Source: Rhynchocyon petersi
Taxonomy: Eukaryota
Direction of reading: 5' to 3'
Assembly: GCA_043290085.1 (NCBI GenBank)
Contig: CM091797.1
Span: 22,302,880-22,366,879 of the forward strand
DNA length: 64,000 nt
Part shown: piece after piece, positions 1 through 12,632 of the stretch
How positions within the stretch are numbered: the first letter of the stretch is position 1
How the letters are laid out: each line of letters begins with the position of its first letter
Translations under genes and position numbers: made by a program
The notes under the pieces: model-generated
What the model saw: only the letters and a program-made list of their open reading frames with translations
Databases searched by the model: none
What the model was told of the DNA's origin: nothing

Positions 1-91
1 CCTTCTCAAGGTTAGCCACAGCTTGTTGTTGGGTTGTTGAAAAAAATGTATTTGTGATGAATAAACTGTTAGTCTCGTAAAATTCTATCAT

Positions 92-420
92 GTGATTACT
101 AGGATCATGTCTGTGACCAAGGTCCTACTTGTTAACGACCAATCCTTCTTTGTGTCCCAGTTTCTCATTCCAATTACTACTAATTACCAATGCATCTTGA
201 TTGCCTGTTTGACTATTTTCAGGCAGCAAAAGTTGATAAAAATCTTCCGTTTCTTCATCTTTGGCATTGGTGGTTGGTGCATGAATGTGAATGATAGTCA
301 TATTCTCTGGTCTTCCTGTCTTCCTTATAAGATACTCTCCTATTGACAGTGATGTACTTCTTTGCCGATCTTTAAATGTTACTTTTGTTGATGAATGTAC
401 AACCATTCATCCTTAATTTG
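92..420 (-). mobile_element. RTE/BovB-type LINE fragment (endonuclease region)
   Basis: The minus ORF 125-406 reads AKDEETEDFYQLLLPENSQTGNQDALVISSNWNEKLG. This matches the RTE/BovB apurinic endonuclease pattern (..EEvEeFYEQLQ...D.LiviGDWNAKVG), so it is a degraded copy. Confidence 0.55.
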
Positions 421-640
421 TGTACTATTCCATGTTTTCCTGATGCAGAATGACCAATACCAATCCATGTTAGCTCACTGATGCACAGAATATCAATCTT
501 TATGAATTCCATTTCACTGTTTGACAACTTCCAATTTTCCTAGATTTGTACTTCATACAGTCCATATTTTTATTATTAATGGATGTTTCTAGCTGTTTCT
601 TTTTGAGCCAGCCCCATTAGCAAATGAAGGTCTTATTCTA

Positions 641-810
641 CTAGTGGTAAGGAGCTGTGCTGCCAACCGAGAGCACATGGTTCAAATCCACCAGCTGCTC
701 TTTGGTAGAAAGAGTGGTATCAATTCCTGTGGGATTTATTGTCTCTGAAAACCTTCTGGAGGATCAGCTATGGGTCAGTCTTGACTCAATGGTACATAAC
801 AAAAACAACG
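641..810 (+). mobile_element. AfroSINE-type tRNA-derived SINE
   Basis: It has a tRNA-like head (ctagtggtaaggagctgtgctgccaac...ggttcaaatccaccagctgct), a central gggtcagctatg block and a tail ending ggtacataacaaaaacaac. The ORF 657-1022 runs across it and is spurious. Confidence 0.7.
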
Positions 811-1554
811 ATTATTTTGAAAAGACAACTGTTTTCCAATTGCATTTTGGGTTCTTTTTAACAGACAGGATCATCTTAGAGCTTTATTTCAATGTTCCAA
901 CCTCACCACACCTGCTTGTCATAAGGTTTTCACTAACCTGGAAGATTGCTAGGCCCTTCTTCCTAATCTGTCTTACTCTAGAAACTCCACTGAAACCTGC
1001 CCAACGTAGGTGGCGCTGCTGATATGTGGAGTGCCAGGGGCTTATCGTCCAGCATCATAACTTGAAAGCCATTACAGTGCCAAAACCTTAGAGACTGGTG
1101 GACGCTTAAAGTGAAATAAAGACAGAGTTATCACTGGACTTAGAAAAGCGGGGATCATTGTTGACCTTGACCGATAATACCTTTTTTTGTCTAGTGGCAG
1201 AGGCAAAACCCTAATTAGGACTGATTCAAGATCAAGTACAAGGACTGTTGTAGAATAGTACCAGACTTATGAGCTATAATGAGGCTCTTGTAAGGGACTT
1301 TTTCCCAACCAGCTCCCTATTTCTTCTGCTAAGTAGGCTGCACTGCTTTCCAGGGCTTCTCTTCCACTGTGTCTCACGTGACACAGACTCCACACCGAAG
1401 CGCTATCTCTTCTAAACCCCCACACCAGAGTTGGGAATTTGGGAAACATGATGAAAAGCCCAAGAATTGAAAACACATAAACAGAAGAGTTTCCATTGGT
1501 AATTGTAATATCAACTATATGTTTGTTTGTTGGTTTTTTTTTTTTCTTTTCCAG

Positions 1555-1686
1555 GTCATCATTTTTCAGACATACACTAATCAGAGTCCAGTGCCCATTG
1601 AGGCAAAATATGTCTTTCCTCTGGATGATAAGGCAGCTGTGTGTGGTTTTGAAGCTTTTATCAACGGGAAGCATATCATAGGAGAG
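1555..1686 (+). CDS. VWA5B-like gene, VIT-domain exon (VIIFQTYTNQSPVPIEAKYVFPLDDKAAVCGFEAFINGKHIIGE)
   Basis: The AG acceptor (ttttccag|gtc) and GT donor (gag|gtaggg) bound a clean ORF. The peptide aligns to VWA5A (VSATLNYENEEKVPLEAFFVFPMDEDSAVYSFEALVDGKKIVAE). It runs phase 0 to phase 0. Confidence 0.7.
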
Positions 1687-2444
1687 GTAGGGGAACGCAC
1701 ACGTCGTAACTTCACTTGGGTTTTCCATTTTCTTAAATCTTCTTTATCTGAGCCCCAACAGCTGTGAGGCAAGAGTAGCAACCTTATCCAAAGCAGAACC
1801 ATTTTTGTACTATATGCTTGGTCTTCATTCAGACCTCTCCCCTGATCACTACTTTCTGTCCCCTGTTTGTTCAGGCTTTGTTGTTCATCACATGCTTTGT
1901 CTAGACACTTCATGGCAGAAGAAAGAATAACTTTATTATTAAAAGTTTATTGGGTGGGAAAAGACGTTTATGAGGGGCACATTGGGTAACTGATTTTTGC
2001 AAAAGTGGGTCCTTCTGCACTTTGCTGGAAGAGTCAAGCTGAAGTGAATTTAGAAAAGAATATTAAAAGAAATATGTTGACTTGTTGTTCCTTTATTCTA
2101 AACATTAACCCACAAGTGCCCTTCTAACCCACATCTTCTTATTTTTAAGATAAAGTCAACTGAATTTCTTTTTTGTTTTTGTTATTCAAAAGGAAATCCC
2201 AAGTTTTTACACCCCCTGCCCCCAGTCTGTTGAGTCTGAAATACAGTCTAAAGTGAATGGCCTTTAATTGTCCTTGGGGTTCTGATAACTGGTGAGCACT
2301 TTCTATGTAGGCTTCCATTCATCTTAGTTGGGTTCTTAGTCTTCTGGTTTTGTCTGGATTTCAGTAAACATGAGGAAGTTTTCCTAGCTAAAGTCTGAAG
2401 TCACGATTCACATTATGATGGATGTAAAACCCTTTTTTTTCCAG

Positions 2445-2531
2445 GTTAAAGAGAAGGAAGAAGCCCATCGAGAATACCAAGAAGCCATCAGTCAAGGCCA
2501 CGGCGCTTACTTGATGGATCAGGATGCACCC
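2445..2531 (+). CDS. VWA5B-like exon (VKEKEEAHREYQEAISQGHGAYLMDQDAP)
   Basis: The acceptor is tttttttccag| and the donor is ccc|gtacga. The peptide aligns to the VWA5A segment KARTNYEKAISQGHQAFLLEGD of the VIT domain. Phase 0 is maintained. Confidence 0.7.
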
Positions 2532-3095
2532 GTACGACAGTATCTTCATCTGCTGGCTTCGTAGACTTATTAGAAAGGAAAAACAGTTGGGAAATTATTT
2601 TAAATATGAGATACAGGCTAGAAAAAAAGATAATTTATAATGTTTGGGGTCTTGGAGTTTTATTTACTTTTATCAGGGAAAGCCAAGCTGGTCAAACCCA
2701 TTCAACTTGTCTAAATAAAGGAGGCAATGGTATAAATACTTCCAGGCACATAAGAAGAGCTTCATAAATGCACACTGAGTTTCCCAGAAGTAATAAAAAG
2801 AAAATACTCAGGTTACGTCATTTTCTTCTGATGAGAGATAGTCACAGGATAAAATATTGCAACTAAGTGCACCTAAGAGTGTACTCAGTTTTCACCAGAT
2901 TGTAACCCAGGAAGGCATTTCTACAGAGTATTGAAATAGATGCCATCCTCTGCTTTCTGATTTTAGCTAGCTGTAACAGGAATATAATAGTGGCGAAGTT
3001 AAATTGTTTAACTACTAACTGAAAATTTGGTTCAAAGCCACCAGCCACTCTGCAGAATAAAAAGGAGCAGTCATCTGTAAAGGCTATGTGATGGG

Positions 3096-3265
3096 GTACC
3101 ATTGAGTCGTGAACGATTCATAGTGACCCTCCCGAGGGTTTCCGGAGGCAGTATCTCACATGGGAGTGGAAGCCACGCTTTCTCCCTCGGAGCAGCTGGC
3201 GGATTTGAACTGCATGCCTTTGGGTTGCCAGCGCAGCTCCTTCACCACTAGGCCACGCCAGCTGC
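3096..3265 (-). mobile_element. AfroSINE-type SINE (reverse orientation)
   Basis: gtaccattgagtcgtgaacgattcatagtgaccctcccgagggtttccggaggcagtatctcac...cactaggccacgccagctgc is the reverse complement of a tRNA-headed SINE. Confidence 0.7.
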
Positions 3266-4265
3266 TGTAAAGGCTACACCCTTGCCACTCCTATGGGGCA
3301 GCTCTCCTACAGATTCAACATGAGTCTGAATCAAGTTGATTGCAGTGGGTCTGTTTGTTGGTTTTGTTTTGCTTTACGAAGATGATGTGGGGACACTGGA
3401 AGAGTAATTATTCTCACTAGATTTTTATTCTTAAGTGTAAGATATTTTAAATGTTCCTTTGGCAGATGTGTTATTTGCACGTGGTCAGTCTCCAACCAGA
3501 CTATTTGGTGTCAATTTAGTTGTTGAAGATAACACCACATGCTTCAGAGATACCCTCTGAGAAAGGCACATTACCCCTTGAAAATGTGATGTGTGGCATG
3601 AGTGTGTATAATATGAAAAACTAATGTAGATTTATAGATCCATGGTTATCCTATGGGCATCCAAGTGGACTGTGCTCCATCGGGTCTTCAATGGCTGATT
3701 TTTCAGAAGTAGATCACTAGACCTTCTTCCAAGGTACCTCTGGGTGGACTTGAAACTCCAACCTTGCAGTTAGATTTAAGGAGTAGATTATTACTTTTGA
3801 ATCCAGGGTATATATTTGTTGGATTAAACAATGAAGAGGTGATTATCAGAGAGTTCATAGATGGCCCCTGGCTGAAATGTAAGTCAAGAAACCTGGGGTT
3901 CATTTGGAAGACTGCCATCTAAGAGTGAAGAATATGCCAGGTGGCTAACACACCAAGGTCTGCAGTTGAATTCACAGCTGTTCTGTGGGGACAAAGATTA
4001 GCAGTCCTCCCCTATAAATATTACAGCCTAGGAAACCCAGAAGGAGGGTTGCCATGAACTGGAGCCAACTCAGTAGCTGTGTGTGTGCGTGTGAGTGTGT
4101 GTTATAAGTTCTACAAGATACATTTCTATTTCCTGAGAAAAATGTGGGAGGATTTAGACACTTAACACTTTGGGCTAGCAGCACAACTCCCTAGAGGCGA
4201 GGAGATAGCTAACTAGAATGGATGTGCTTTTGAATTGTGAAACTAAGTGGTATGCTTCTGTATAG

Positions 4266-4430
4266 GATGTTTTTACGGTGAGTGTTGGGAACATACCCCC
4301 AAAGGCTAAGGTGCTTATCAAAATCACCTACATCACTGAACTCAGCGTCCAAGGCACCGCGGCGGTCTTCTGCATGCCTGCCACTGTGGCCCCCTGGCAA
4401 CAGGACAAAGCTCTGAATGAAAACATTCAG
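4266..4430 (+). CDS. VWA5B-like exon (DVFTVSVGNIPPKAKVLIKITYITELSVQGTAAVFCMPATVAPWQQDKALNENIQ)
   Basis: The acceptor is tgtatag| and the donor is cag|gttagt. The peptide aligns to VWA5A RDVFSCNVGNLQPGSKAAVTLKYVQELPLEADGALRFVLPAVLNPRYQ. It is 165 nt, in phase 0. Confidence 0.75.
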
Positions 4431-5091
4431 GTTAGTGTGCTTATGACTTAAAGCTGCCTTTCTTGGGGTCGATGTGAAGAAAAGAGAAAGAAAGCATCTA
4501 AATAATCTTTTTGGCGTAAAATGAGTTCTACGGGCAGTAGAGCATTTAGGTACATATCTTGTTTGTAAAGGGGAAAGAATGAAAGCCATGGATAGTATTT
4601 CTAGTCTGTTTAATGACCTATAAAAACTTTCTCTCTTTACTGTTTCTTCATCATAAAGAATTTAGAAAATAAACATTCCTGTTAGTTGCCCAGGAGTTGG
4701 CTTCAGTTGAGGGTGACCTCATGGCAGTAAAACATCACCTGTGGTGCCCTGTGTCCACGATGGTTGTCATGGTGCATTCCGTGTGCCTTCCAATCTCGGG
4801 TCCTCTCACCAAGCACTGTGTCAGACAGCACTCTGTGTGATCCATAAGGCTTTCATTGGCTGATTCCCTGGAGTGGATTGCCAGACTTTTCTTCCTTCTC
4901 TTCCTTAGTCTGGAAGATCTGTTGAGTCTTGCTCACTAAAGATGCCCCTGACAATATTTCCAATATCAGTTCCCTGGCTTCTAGGAATACAGCCACTACA
5001 AACCAACCCCAGTTTGACTAATTGGCAGATACTTTTGGTGGATACTCACAGACATTGCACATTAGCCCAAAGATAAAAATAATGGTGGTGT

Positions 5092-5261
5092 GTACCGTCG
5101 AGTCGTGAACGACTCGTAGTGAGCCTCCCAAGGGTTTCCGGAGGCGGTATCTCACACGGAAGTAGAAACCACTCTTTCTCCCGCAGAGCAGCTGGCAGGT
5201 TTGAACTGCATACCTTTAGGCTTGCAGCGCAGCTCTTTCACCACTAGGTCATACCAGCTGC
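5092..5261 (-). mobile_element. AfroSINE-type SINE (reverse orientation)
   Basis: It belongs to the same family as 3096-3265: gtaccgtcgagtcgtgaacgactcgtagtgagcctcccaagggtttccggaggcggtatctcacacggaagtagaaacc...ccactaggtcataccagctg. Confidence 0.75.
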
Positions 5262-6259
5262 CTTCCTTAATGCTAGCCTCCAGGGATAACTTGGTTAATG
5301 CTTTGCTATATATCCAGCTAGATTTCTTGTTATGTAGTTCTTGTCTTAGTGGAAACGCTAATCTAATGCTCTGTTAGAAAATAAAAAGGAAATATTTTAG
5401 TGAAAGAATAGTTGCATTTCATGAAATGGAGTGCCCCAACTTGTAGGAGAAAACAGTTTTTACTTGGCAAAGCCAATTAAGGGAGATGGTTTTCATTCAC
5501 ATACTTTGGGCATTTTATCAGGAGGGGCCAGTCTCTGGGGATGGACGTCATGCTTGGAAAAGTAGAGGATCAACATGAAAGCGATTGTAGGGTAAGGAAG
5601 GAAACCTTATAAGGAGTTACTGCTTTAATAACCATTCTTAGCAAAACTTTAATTTTGTATCACCTGATACAACTAAGGCAGCTAAGGCAGTGTTTCTAAA
5701 CACTTCCTTCTGGTTGAATGTAGCTCAGGTCACTTCCACTGTAAGTCCTTGAGAAGGAAAACGGACTCATTCAGTAAAGAGAAGGTGAATCCACTCTCTT
5801 TAGTGTGAAGCCTTCGAAACAGTGTTTAGCTGGCTGAGGGATGTGCTGATAACTCAGACCACTTCCCCTGAGGAGATCCTTTCATTTAAAATACAATCCC
5901 GCATTAGGTACGAAGTCATGGCCAGCAAGGTTCAGATCTGCTGTTCCACCACCAGTCGCCACCACCATGTTGTTTAAATCAGTTGTGTGTTTGTGTGTTT
6001 GTATACGGATATAACTGTTACGTTATGTGTAGACATACATGCGTGGTTGAAAATAGTTGTCAAAGTGGCCATAAATCATCTCCCATATTATTGCACTTTA
6101 AAAGTCACTGTCAGTCATCCAGAAAAGGACAAATGGGTTCACTATTACAAAAAGCTAAAGGAAAATTTACACAAAGAAAGAAGCATTCTTGGATAGTGAC
6201 TAGAGATGTAAAGGGAGGGAGAGAGAAGTAAAAATCTGTAAATAAATAGTGGAGGGGGC

Positions 6260-6429
6260 GCTACCATCGAGTAGTCACTGACTCATGGTGACCCTCCCGA
6301 GGGTTTCCGGAGGCAGTATCTCACACGGGAGTTGAAGCCACTCTTTCTCCCAAGAAGCAGCTGGCGGATTCAAACCGCATGCCTTCGGGTTGGCAGTACA
6401 GCTCCTTTATCACTAGGCCACGCCAGCTG
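6260..6429 (-). mobile_element. AfroSINE-type SINE (reverse orientation)
   Basis: It is a family member in the same orientation (ctaccatcgagtagtcactgactcatggtgaccctcccgagggtttccgg...). Confidence 0.7.
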
Positions 6430-6616
6430 CTCAAATAAATAATAGACTCTTCAATATGGATGAAAGGGAAAGCGATCTATAACAGAAGGAAAGGGGGGTA
6501 AGTTACTGCCATCCCATAAGCAGCTGCTGCCAGGGCCTTGTTTAGACTGCGTTCAGCATAGATTCTCATCATAAAACCTAAAAAAATATTTACATATATT
6601 TTTCTCTTCTTCTCAG

Positions 6617-6663
6617 GATGCAGTAGAGAAAGTTTGCGTAAACAAAATAGGGACAAAGCAAAG
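6617..6663 (+). CDS. VWA5B-like micro-exon (DAVEKVCVNKIGTKQ + 2 nt)
   Basis: The acceptor is ttcttctcag| and the donor is aag|gtaagt. It ends in phase 2, and the next exon supplies 1 nt. Positional homology to VWA5A (KDSCLNVKTPIVPVEDL region) is weak but colinear. Confidence 0.55.
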
Positions 6664-6794
6664 GTAAGTCCTTAAAATGTAAAACCGGTCTATTGATGAA
6701 CACTTCATTTCATTGCAAGTTCATTTAAGGTTATTGAAAACAGCTAAAAGCCGAGCTTTAAGATACTAAACAATTGTCTCCTCCCCTTCGATAG

Positions 6795-6873
6795 CTTCGC
6801 TCTGAGTATGTCTGTCGAGATGCCGTACGTGATTGAATTCATCTCCAGTGACACACACAAACTGAAACAAAAG
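6795..6873 (+). CDS. VWA5B-like exon (S FALSMSVEMPYVIEFISSDTHKLKQK)
   Basis: The acceptor is ccttcgatag| and the donor is aag|gttagt. The peptide aligns to VWA5A PYTLSMVATIDSQHGIEKVQSN. It completes the phase-2 codon of the previous exon. Confidence 0.65.
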
Positions 6874-7272
6874 GTTAGTCAATCTTTGTTTATTTCTTAA
6901 AAGACTTCCAAGTTTGTTTTTATTACAGCAATGCATGCATATTGTCGTTTTTGTGGGGTTTGGGTTTTTTTTTTCCCCCATGCATATAGTTTTAAAAGTC
7001 AAATAATACTAATGACAATGTCTAAGAGTAAGTAGAGTCACTCCCATTCGGCCCTGACTGTCCCTACCAGCACCCCGACGCTGTACCTCTTTAGATTCTT
7101 TTAACCGTTTCTTCTGATACGTATGCTCCAGTTTTAAAATATGAGGTTTTTCTTTCTGAGTCTTGATTCATATGTTTCAGAATTTACCTATACGTGTCAG
7201 GGGTGGGGGGAAGAACAACCAATAATTATACTATTAAGGAAAATTATTTCATTTGGCATGTGCAGTCGAGAT

Positions 7273-7440
7273 GGAGCTCTGGTGGTAAGTTGTGGTAAGT
7301 GGGTAAGAGGTTGTGCTGTGAACCCAAAAAAGCAGGCTGTTCAAATCCACCAGGGAGAAAGATGGGTAATCACCCCCTGTGATATTTACAGCCTCGGGGA
7401 AAACCACTGATCATTTTTGACTCGAAGGCACATAACCACA
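7273..7440 (+). mobile_element. AfroSINE-type SINE
   Basis: ggagctctggtggtaag...caaatccaccagg...gaaggcacataaccaca. It is a degenerate copy. Confidence 0.55.
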
Positions 7441-7480
7441 CCAGTAAAGTGCATGTGGTAAGGAGAGAGGTGGTGGTGGT

Positions 7481-7650
7481 GTACCGTTGAGTCGTGAACG
7501 ACTCATAGTGACCCTCCCGAGGGTTTCCGGAGGCGGTATCTCACACGGAAGTAGAAACCACTCTTTCTCCCGCGGAGCAGCTGGCAGGTTTGAACCGCGT
7601 GCCATTGGGCTTGCAGCGCAGCTCTTTCACCACTAGGCCATACCAGCTGC
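7481..7650 (-). mobile_element. AfroSINE-type SINE (reverse orientation), preceded by (GGT)n
   Basis: gtaccgttgagtcgtgaacgactcatagtgaccctcccgagggtttccggaggcggtatctcacacggaagtagaaaccactctttctcccgcggagcagctggcaggtttgaaccgcgtgccattgggcttgcagcgcagctctttcaccactaggccataccagctg. Confidence 0.8.
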
Positions 7651-7734
7651 CCAAGGAGGGGGGAGAGGTGAGAAATAGGACATTTTTTTTTTTCTTTTCT
7701 TAAGTTTTTATTTTAATTTTTTTTTTTTTTAAAG

Positions 7735-7865
7735 CAACCCAAATGCCCATCAACAAATGAATGGGTGGAGAAGCTGTGGTACATCCACACAATGGAATTC
7801 TATGCAGCTTTAAAAAACAATGATCAATTCTTCAAATATTGTACAACCTGGTCTAGGTTAGAGAA
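7735..7865 (+). mobile_element. L1 ORF2 C-terminal fragment
   Basis: It encodes ..NGWRSCGTSTQWNSMQL.. , resembling the L1 ORF2 tail (WIKKMWHIYTMEYYAAIKN). A poly-T/A tract lies immediately upstream. Confidence 0.45.
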
Positions 7866-8554
7866 ATAGGACATTTTGAGGGCAGTGCTTACTCTCCGTG
7901 AGGCCGAGCATTTTGAGCTATCATGGGGGGGGTGTCAGCTCAAGTCATAAACCTTCAGTTTCCTCTGGTGAGAGAAATGAGGATAAATGATGCTGCTGAT
8001 GGGTAACTTGTGGAGGAGAGGGGCCCTGTGGGTCTGATTGTTTACTACAGAGTCTGCTAAACAGGTTCTGACTTTTCTGCAGTGCATCAGAAACCTCAAA
8101 CTCAGTCGCCATCGAGTCAGGACTGATGCATAGCTGACCTCCAGCAGGTTTTGGGGGCCGTGTGTTGCATGGGAAGAGAGTGCCCACTCTTCTCAAGGCA
8201 CCTCCAGCGGTGAGCCTGCCAGGTTCCTGCATGGTCATTCACTCCTTGCCTGTGGCTGTGCCCTCCACACGCCCTGGGCAGTGGTCTCTCCCACTTGCTA
8301 AGCCAGTTCACATACTTTCATCAACTCTCCTTCTTTTCTGAAATGTGTTGACACTTCTCATTCCTCATAGATTTGGACTGTTTTTATTGCTTTCCTGTCG
8401 TGGAAGGTTGGTGTAGGATTTTACTAGGGAGGGGAAATAAATGTGCAGTTTGTCCATTCTAAATAAGTTCAGGATATCAGTTAGCTTTTTCTACACAATG
8501 AAAACCCCTAAATCCATGTAGCTTGAAAAACAAGCATTTATTGTTTCTCAGGGT

Positions 8555-8832
8555 GCTCTTTGGAGGCAAGGATAGAGAACCTTCATCTCACATATTTTGG
8601 ACATGTTGCTAGTAGAGGCCGGTTCCTGGAAGAGGATATCGTGCTTGGAAAGGTGGAGGGTCAGAGAAAGAGAGGCAGGCTCTCGATTAGAGGGATGGAC
8701 ACAGTTATTGCAGTGATGGGTTCAAGTGTATCAGGGGTGATGAGGATGGCGCAGGATAGGGCGAGTTTCAGATCTGCTGTTCATAGGGTCACTATGCATT
8801 GTCCTTGACTCAATGGCACATAACAACAACGG
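8555..8832 (+). mobile_element. RTE 3'-terminal fragment
   Basis: The ORF reads LHLTYFGHVASRGRFLEEDIVLGKVEGQRKRGRLSIRGMDTVIAVMGSSVSGVMRMAQDRASFRSAVHRVTM and ends in ...ggcacataacaacaac. This is the conserved RTE ORF C-terminus and tail. Confidence 0.75.
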
Positions 8833-9570
8833 TTCTATGTATTGATGGGCACTTCTGTCCGGTTGGCTTGGCTAGAACAGAATGAACTAGGATAGGCCTA
8901 GTCACATCCCTAGCTGCTGGCCTGGAGTCAACTAGCATGATTGTCACATGTCTCCTACCATCCAACTGGTTAGCTTGGGCTCATTTGCTGAGTAACGGAA
9001 GAAGTCCCAGAAGCAAAGAGAGGGTAAGCCTACTTACACAAACACTTTTCAGGCCTCTGCTTAATCACATTTGCCAACAGCCAAAGAAAGGAGTCCTGGT
9101 GTTGTGGTGGTGTACTCCTAAGGGAAAAGTCAGCTGTCTGTTTTGTAATCTACCAGATAGCCTTTACTGTCTCGAAACTGCTCAGATGTATTTAAAGAAT
9201 CACTTCATATTAGAAAGAAAATTTCCAGATACTGTACAATTCTCAGACTTCAGTTTTTCATTTCTCTACTGTATGTTATGGTTGTTTGGTGAATAATACC
9301 TACCTGGTGTATATAGTTGTGGTCCAAATCCAGATAATTCTAACTACACATGTCTATATTCTTGGGACCTTGGGTTTAAGACTGTCTCAAATGACATCTT
9401 CCTACATAAATGTGTCTTTGTCAGTCATTCTTAGGATTTCAGAATAGAGTACCTGATGTGATAATGGCGATGCTGCTGAAATGTAATATATCATCATTGA
9501 AAAATGTATTTGACTGTTATGCATGTAATTAATTAGTGACATAATTAATACAATTGTGCAGTGTAAATAA

Positions 9571-10195
9571 GATTGAAACTGTCAATGATTTCATATTACT
9601 TGGATCCACAGTTAATACCCTTGGCACCAGCAGTCAAGAAATCAAAAGACACATCACATTGGGAAAGGCTGCTGTCAGGGACCTCTCCAGAAGACAAAGG
9701 TGCACCTGATCCAAGCCATGGTCCTCTCAATACTAGCAATGCATCTGAAAGTTGGACAGTTAGTAAGGATGACAGAAGAAAAATTGATGCCTTTGAGTTG
9801 TAGTGTTGGAGAAGAGTGCTCACTATTCCATGGACTGCCAAAAGAACCAACAAATATGTCCTGGAGAGAGTATAATCATCAGAGTGCTTCCTGGAGGCAA
9901 GGATGGTGAAACTTTGGCTCACATACTTTGGGCATATTGTTAGGAGAGGTTAGTCCCTGGGAAGGGACATCATGCTTTGAAATATGAAAGAAAGGAACAT
10001 CATGCTTGATAATGAGGAAGGTCAGCAAAGGAGAGGCAGACCCTCAACCAGATGGATGGACACAGTGACTGCAATGATAGGTTGGAGTGTGTCAGGATGA
10101 TGAGAATGACACAGGATAGGGTGATTTTCAGATCTGCAGTTCATAGGGTCACTCTGAGTCACACTTGAATCACTGGCACCTAACAACAACAACAA
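9571..10195 (+). mobile_element. RTE fragment (3' half, degraded)
   Basis: It runs from GSTVNTLGTSSQEIKRHITLGKAAVRDLS through the 3' tail ...ggcacctaacaacaacaac. Multiple stops and frameshifts are present. Confidence 0.7.
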
Positions 10196-10212
10196 TTGAT
10201 AGAGAGTGAGCA

Positions 10213-10385
10213 GCTGGTGTGGTGTAGTGGTAAGGAGCTGTGCTGCCAACTCAAAGGTACACAGTTCAAATCTACCATCTTCTCCATGGAAGAAAGAGTG
10301 GCACCAACTTCTGTGTGATATACTACCTCCAGAAACCCACTGGAGGGTTAGCTATGAGTTGGTGATGACTCCACAGTACCCATCA
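10213..10385 (+). mobile_element. AfroSINE-type SINE
   Basis: It has the tRNA-like head gtgtagtggtaaggagctgtgctgccaactcaaagg...caaatctacca and the gggttagctatgagttggtgatgactcc 3' part. Confidence 0.7.
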
Positions 10386-10489
10386 TCATCTTCATCAGAA
10401 GAAGATGAAAGGAATACACACAAAGTCACTGTAGCAAAAGAAACTGACTGACACAGAACTATTTCAGGAAGTAGACTATGTTCAAGAAC

Positions 10490-11830
10490 CAATGGTAATG
10501 AGGAAGAAGTTGAAGCAGACTGGAGGCACTGGCAAAATACAAGGCTCCAGGAAATGATGGAATACCTACTGACATATCTCAACAAACAGAAGCAGTCATG
10601 GATGTGCTCACCAAGCTGTGCCACGAAATCTGCAGGACAACTGCCTGGCCAACTAATTGGAAGAGATCCATATTTGTTCCAATTTCCAAAAAAGGTGATC
10701 CCAAAGAAGGTGGAAACTACCAGACAATATCACTGATATCACATGCAAGCAAAATCCTATTGAAGAATTATTCAGAAAACAACTGGAGCAGTACATAAAG
10801 AGAGAACTTCCAGAAAGTAAGGCTGAATTTAGACGGGGCCATGGCACCAGGAATATCATTGCAAATGTCAGATGGATCTTGGCTGACAGTAAAGAATACA
10901 AGGAGAGTATCTCTTTATGTTTCCTTGACTATGAAAAGGCAATTGATTGTGTGAGTCACAACAAACTATGGCTAACGTTGAGTAAAATGGGAATTCCAGA
11001 ACACATAATTATACTCATGTGAAATCTACACCTAGATCAAGAAGCTGTTGTCTGAACATAGCGTGGGAATTCTGCATGGTTCAAAATCAATAAATGCATG
11101 CATCAGGGCTATATCCTATCCCCATACCTATTCAATCTGTATACAGAGCAAATTATTTGGAAGCCAGGCTCTATGAGGAAGACTGTGGCATCAGGACTGG
11201 AGGAAGATGCATCAACAACCTGTTGATGATACAACCTATGTTGATACAACATACAACATACATAGGTATGATACAACCCTGCTTGCCAAAAGTGAAGAGG
11301 ACTTAAAAGTTTGCTGCAGAAGATCACGAGTGCAGTCTTGAGTTATGGATTAGCATATAGACTGGCTAAAACTCAAGAAAACCAGGATCCTCATCACTGG
11401 GCCAATAGGGAACACCATAGTCAACAGGGAAAGGATCAATCCTTTTGTCAATGATTTACTTGGATCCAAAGTCAACACCCTTAGCACCAACAGTCAAGAA
11501 ATCAAAGACACATCACATTGGGAAAAGTTCTGTCAGAGACCTCTCCAAAGTACTGGGGAGTAATGATGTCAGCTTGAAGACAAAGATACACCTGATCCAA
11601 ATCATGGTCTCCTCAATTACTAGCTATGCATCCAAAAGTGGGACTATGAGTAAGGATGACAGAGGAAGAATTGATGCCTTCAAGCTATGGTCTTGGAGAA
11701 GAGTGCTCAAAATCCCATGGGATTGCCAAATTCCATGAACTGCCCTTGGAAGAGTCCAACCAGAATGCTCCTTGGAGCCAAGGGTGTTGAATCTTTGTCT
11801 CTCATATTTTGGACATTGATGGGTACTGGT
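10490..11830 (+). mobile_element. RTE fragment (RT domain to near the 3' end, degraded), in tandem with 9571-10195
   Basis: It encodes MDVLTKLCHEICRTTAWPTNWKRSIFVPISKKGDPKEGGNYQTISLISHASKILLK, FLDYEKAIDCVSHNKLW (with stops), VNTLSTNSQEIKDTSHWEK and KDDRGRIDAFKLWSWRRVLKIPW. These are RTE reverse-transcriptase motifs broken by stop codons. Confidence 0.7.
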
Positions 11831-12319
11831 GCCTATACATGACAGAATCCATATTGACACTCAGCATGACCTTACCTATGACGTAAGGTCTCTGGAAGCT
11901 ATCATGCAGACTCAAGTAATTAAAGGAACTGACTAGCGCCAATTTACTACTTTAAAGAGATAACCAAGATGTTAGTTCTGCCTTCCCAAATTGATAGAGG
12001 GTTTTACTAATGTGTTCTTAAGCAGATTTATGTTTAACTATAGAATTTACAGTCCTAAGAAACCTTGAACTTAAGGAAACTGTTTCTTTTTAATTAAGCT
12101 GTAAAACTTTGTAACCCCCCCAAAAAAAACATGTTAATGTGAAGACCTTTTTAAGGAGACAAAGAATAAACTGAACTCACTCGAGTCTTATTACGAAGAA
12201 GGCTGAGTCAGCTCTCATTCTTTCTTTCTATCATCCTTTCCCTTCCTAATCTTTGATGAGTTGTGGCACCTCTGAGAATGGTTAAGTAATTCCTGCCTGG
12301 TCCAGGTATTGTTTAGCCG

Positions 12320-12572
12320 AAGATGGCAGAACATGTTATTAGAAGAGACCAGTCCCTGGAAAGGGACTTCATGTTTGGAAAGGTGGCGGGTCAGAGAAAG
12401 AGAAGCAGACTCTCGCCTGGATGGTTGGACACAGTGACTGCAGTGAGAGGTTTGAGTGTGTCGGGCATGATAAAGATGTTGCAGGTTAGGGTGGGTTTCA
12501 AATCTGCTGTTCATAGGGTCACTATGAGTCATACTCGATTCTTGGTACATTACAACAGCAATAAAAATTGAC
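12320..12572 (+). mobile_element. RTE 3'-terminal fragment
   Basis: The ORF 12323-12571 reads RDQSLERDFMFGKVAGQRKRSRLSPGWLDTVTAVRGLSVSGMIKMLQVRVGFKSAVHRVTMS. Confidence 0.7.
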
Positions 12573-12632
12573 AAATAAGTGAATGCTGGTAATATGAGAT
12601 TAATCTATTTCTCATTGTTATTTGTTTCACAG

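Noticed and set aside
657-1022. The 121-aa plus ORF at the start of the window as an upstream exon or first exon of the VWA5B-like gene
   Set aside because: Its first half is the read-through of an AfroSINE (STWFKSTSCSLVERVVSIPVGF). The remainder has no VWA5 similarity and no splice donor in phase. No convincing start-codon exon is present before 1555.
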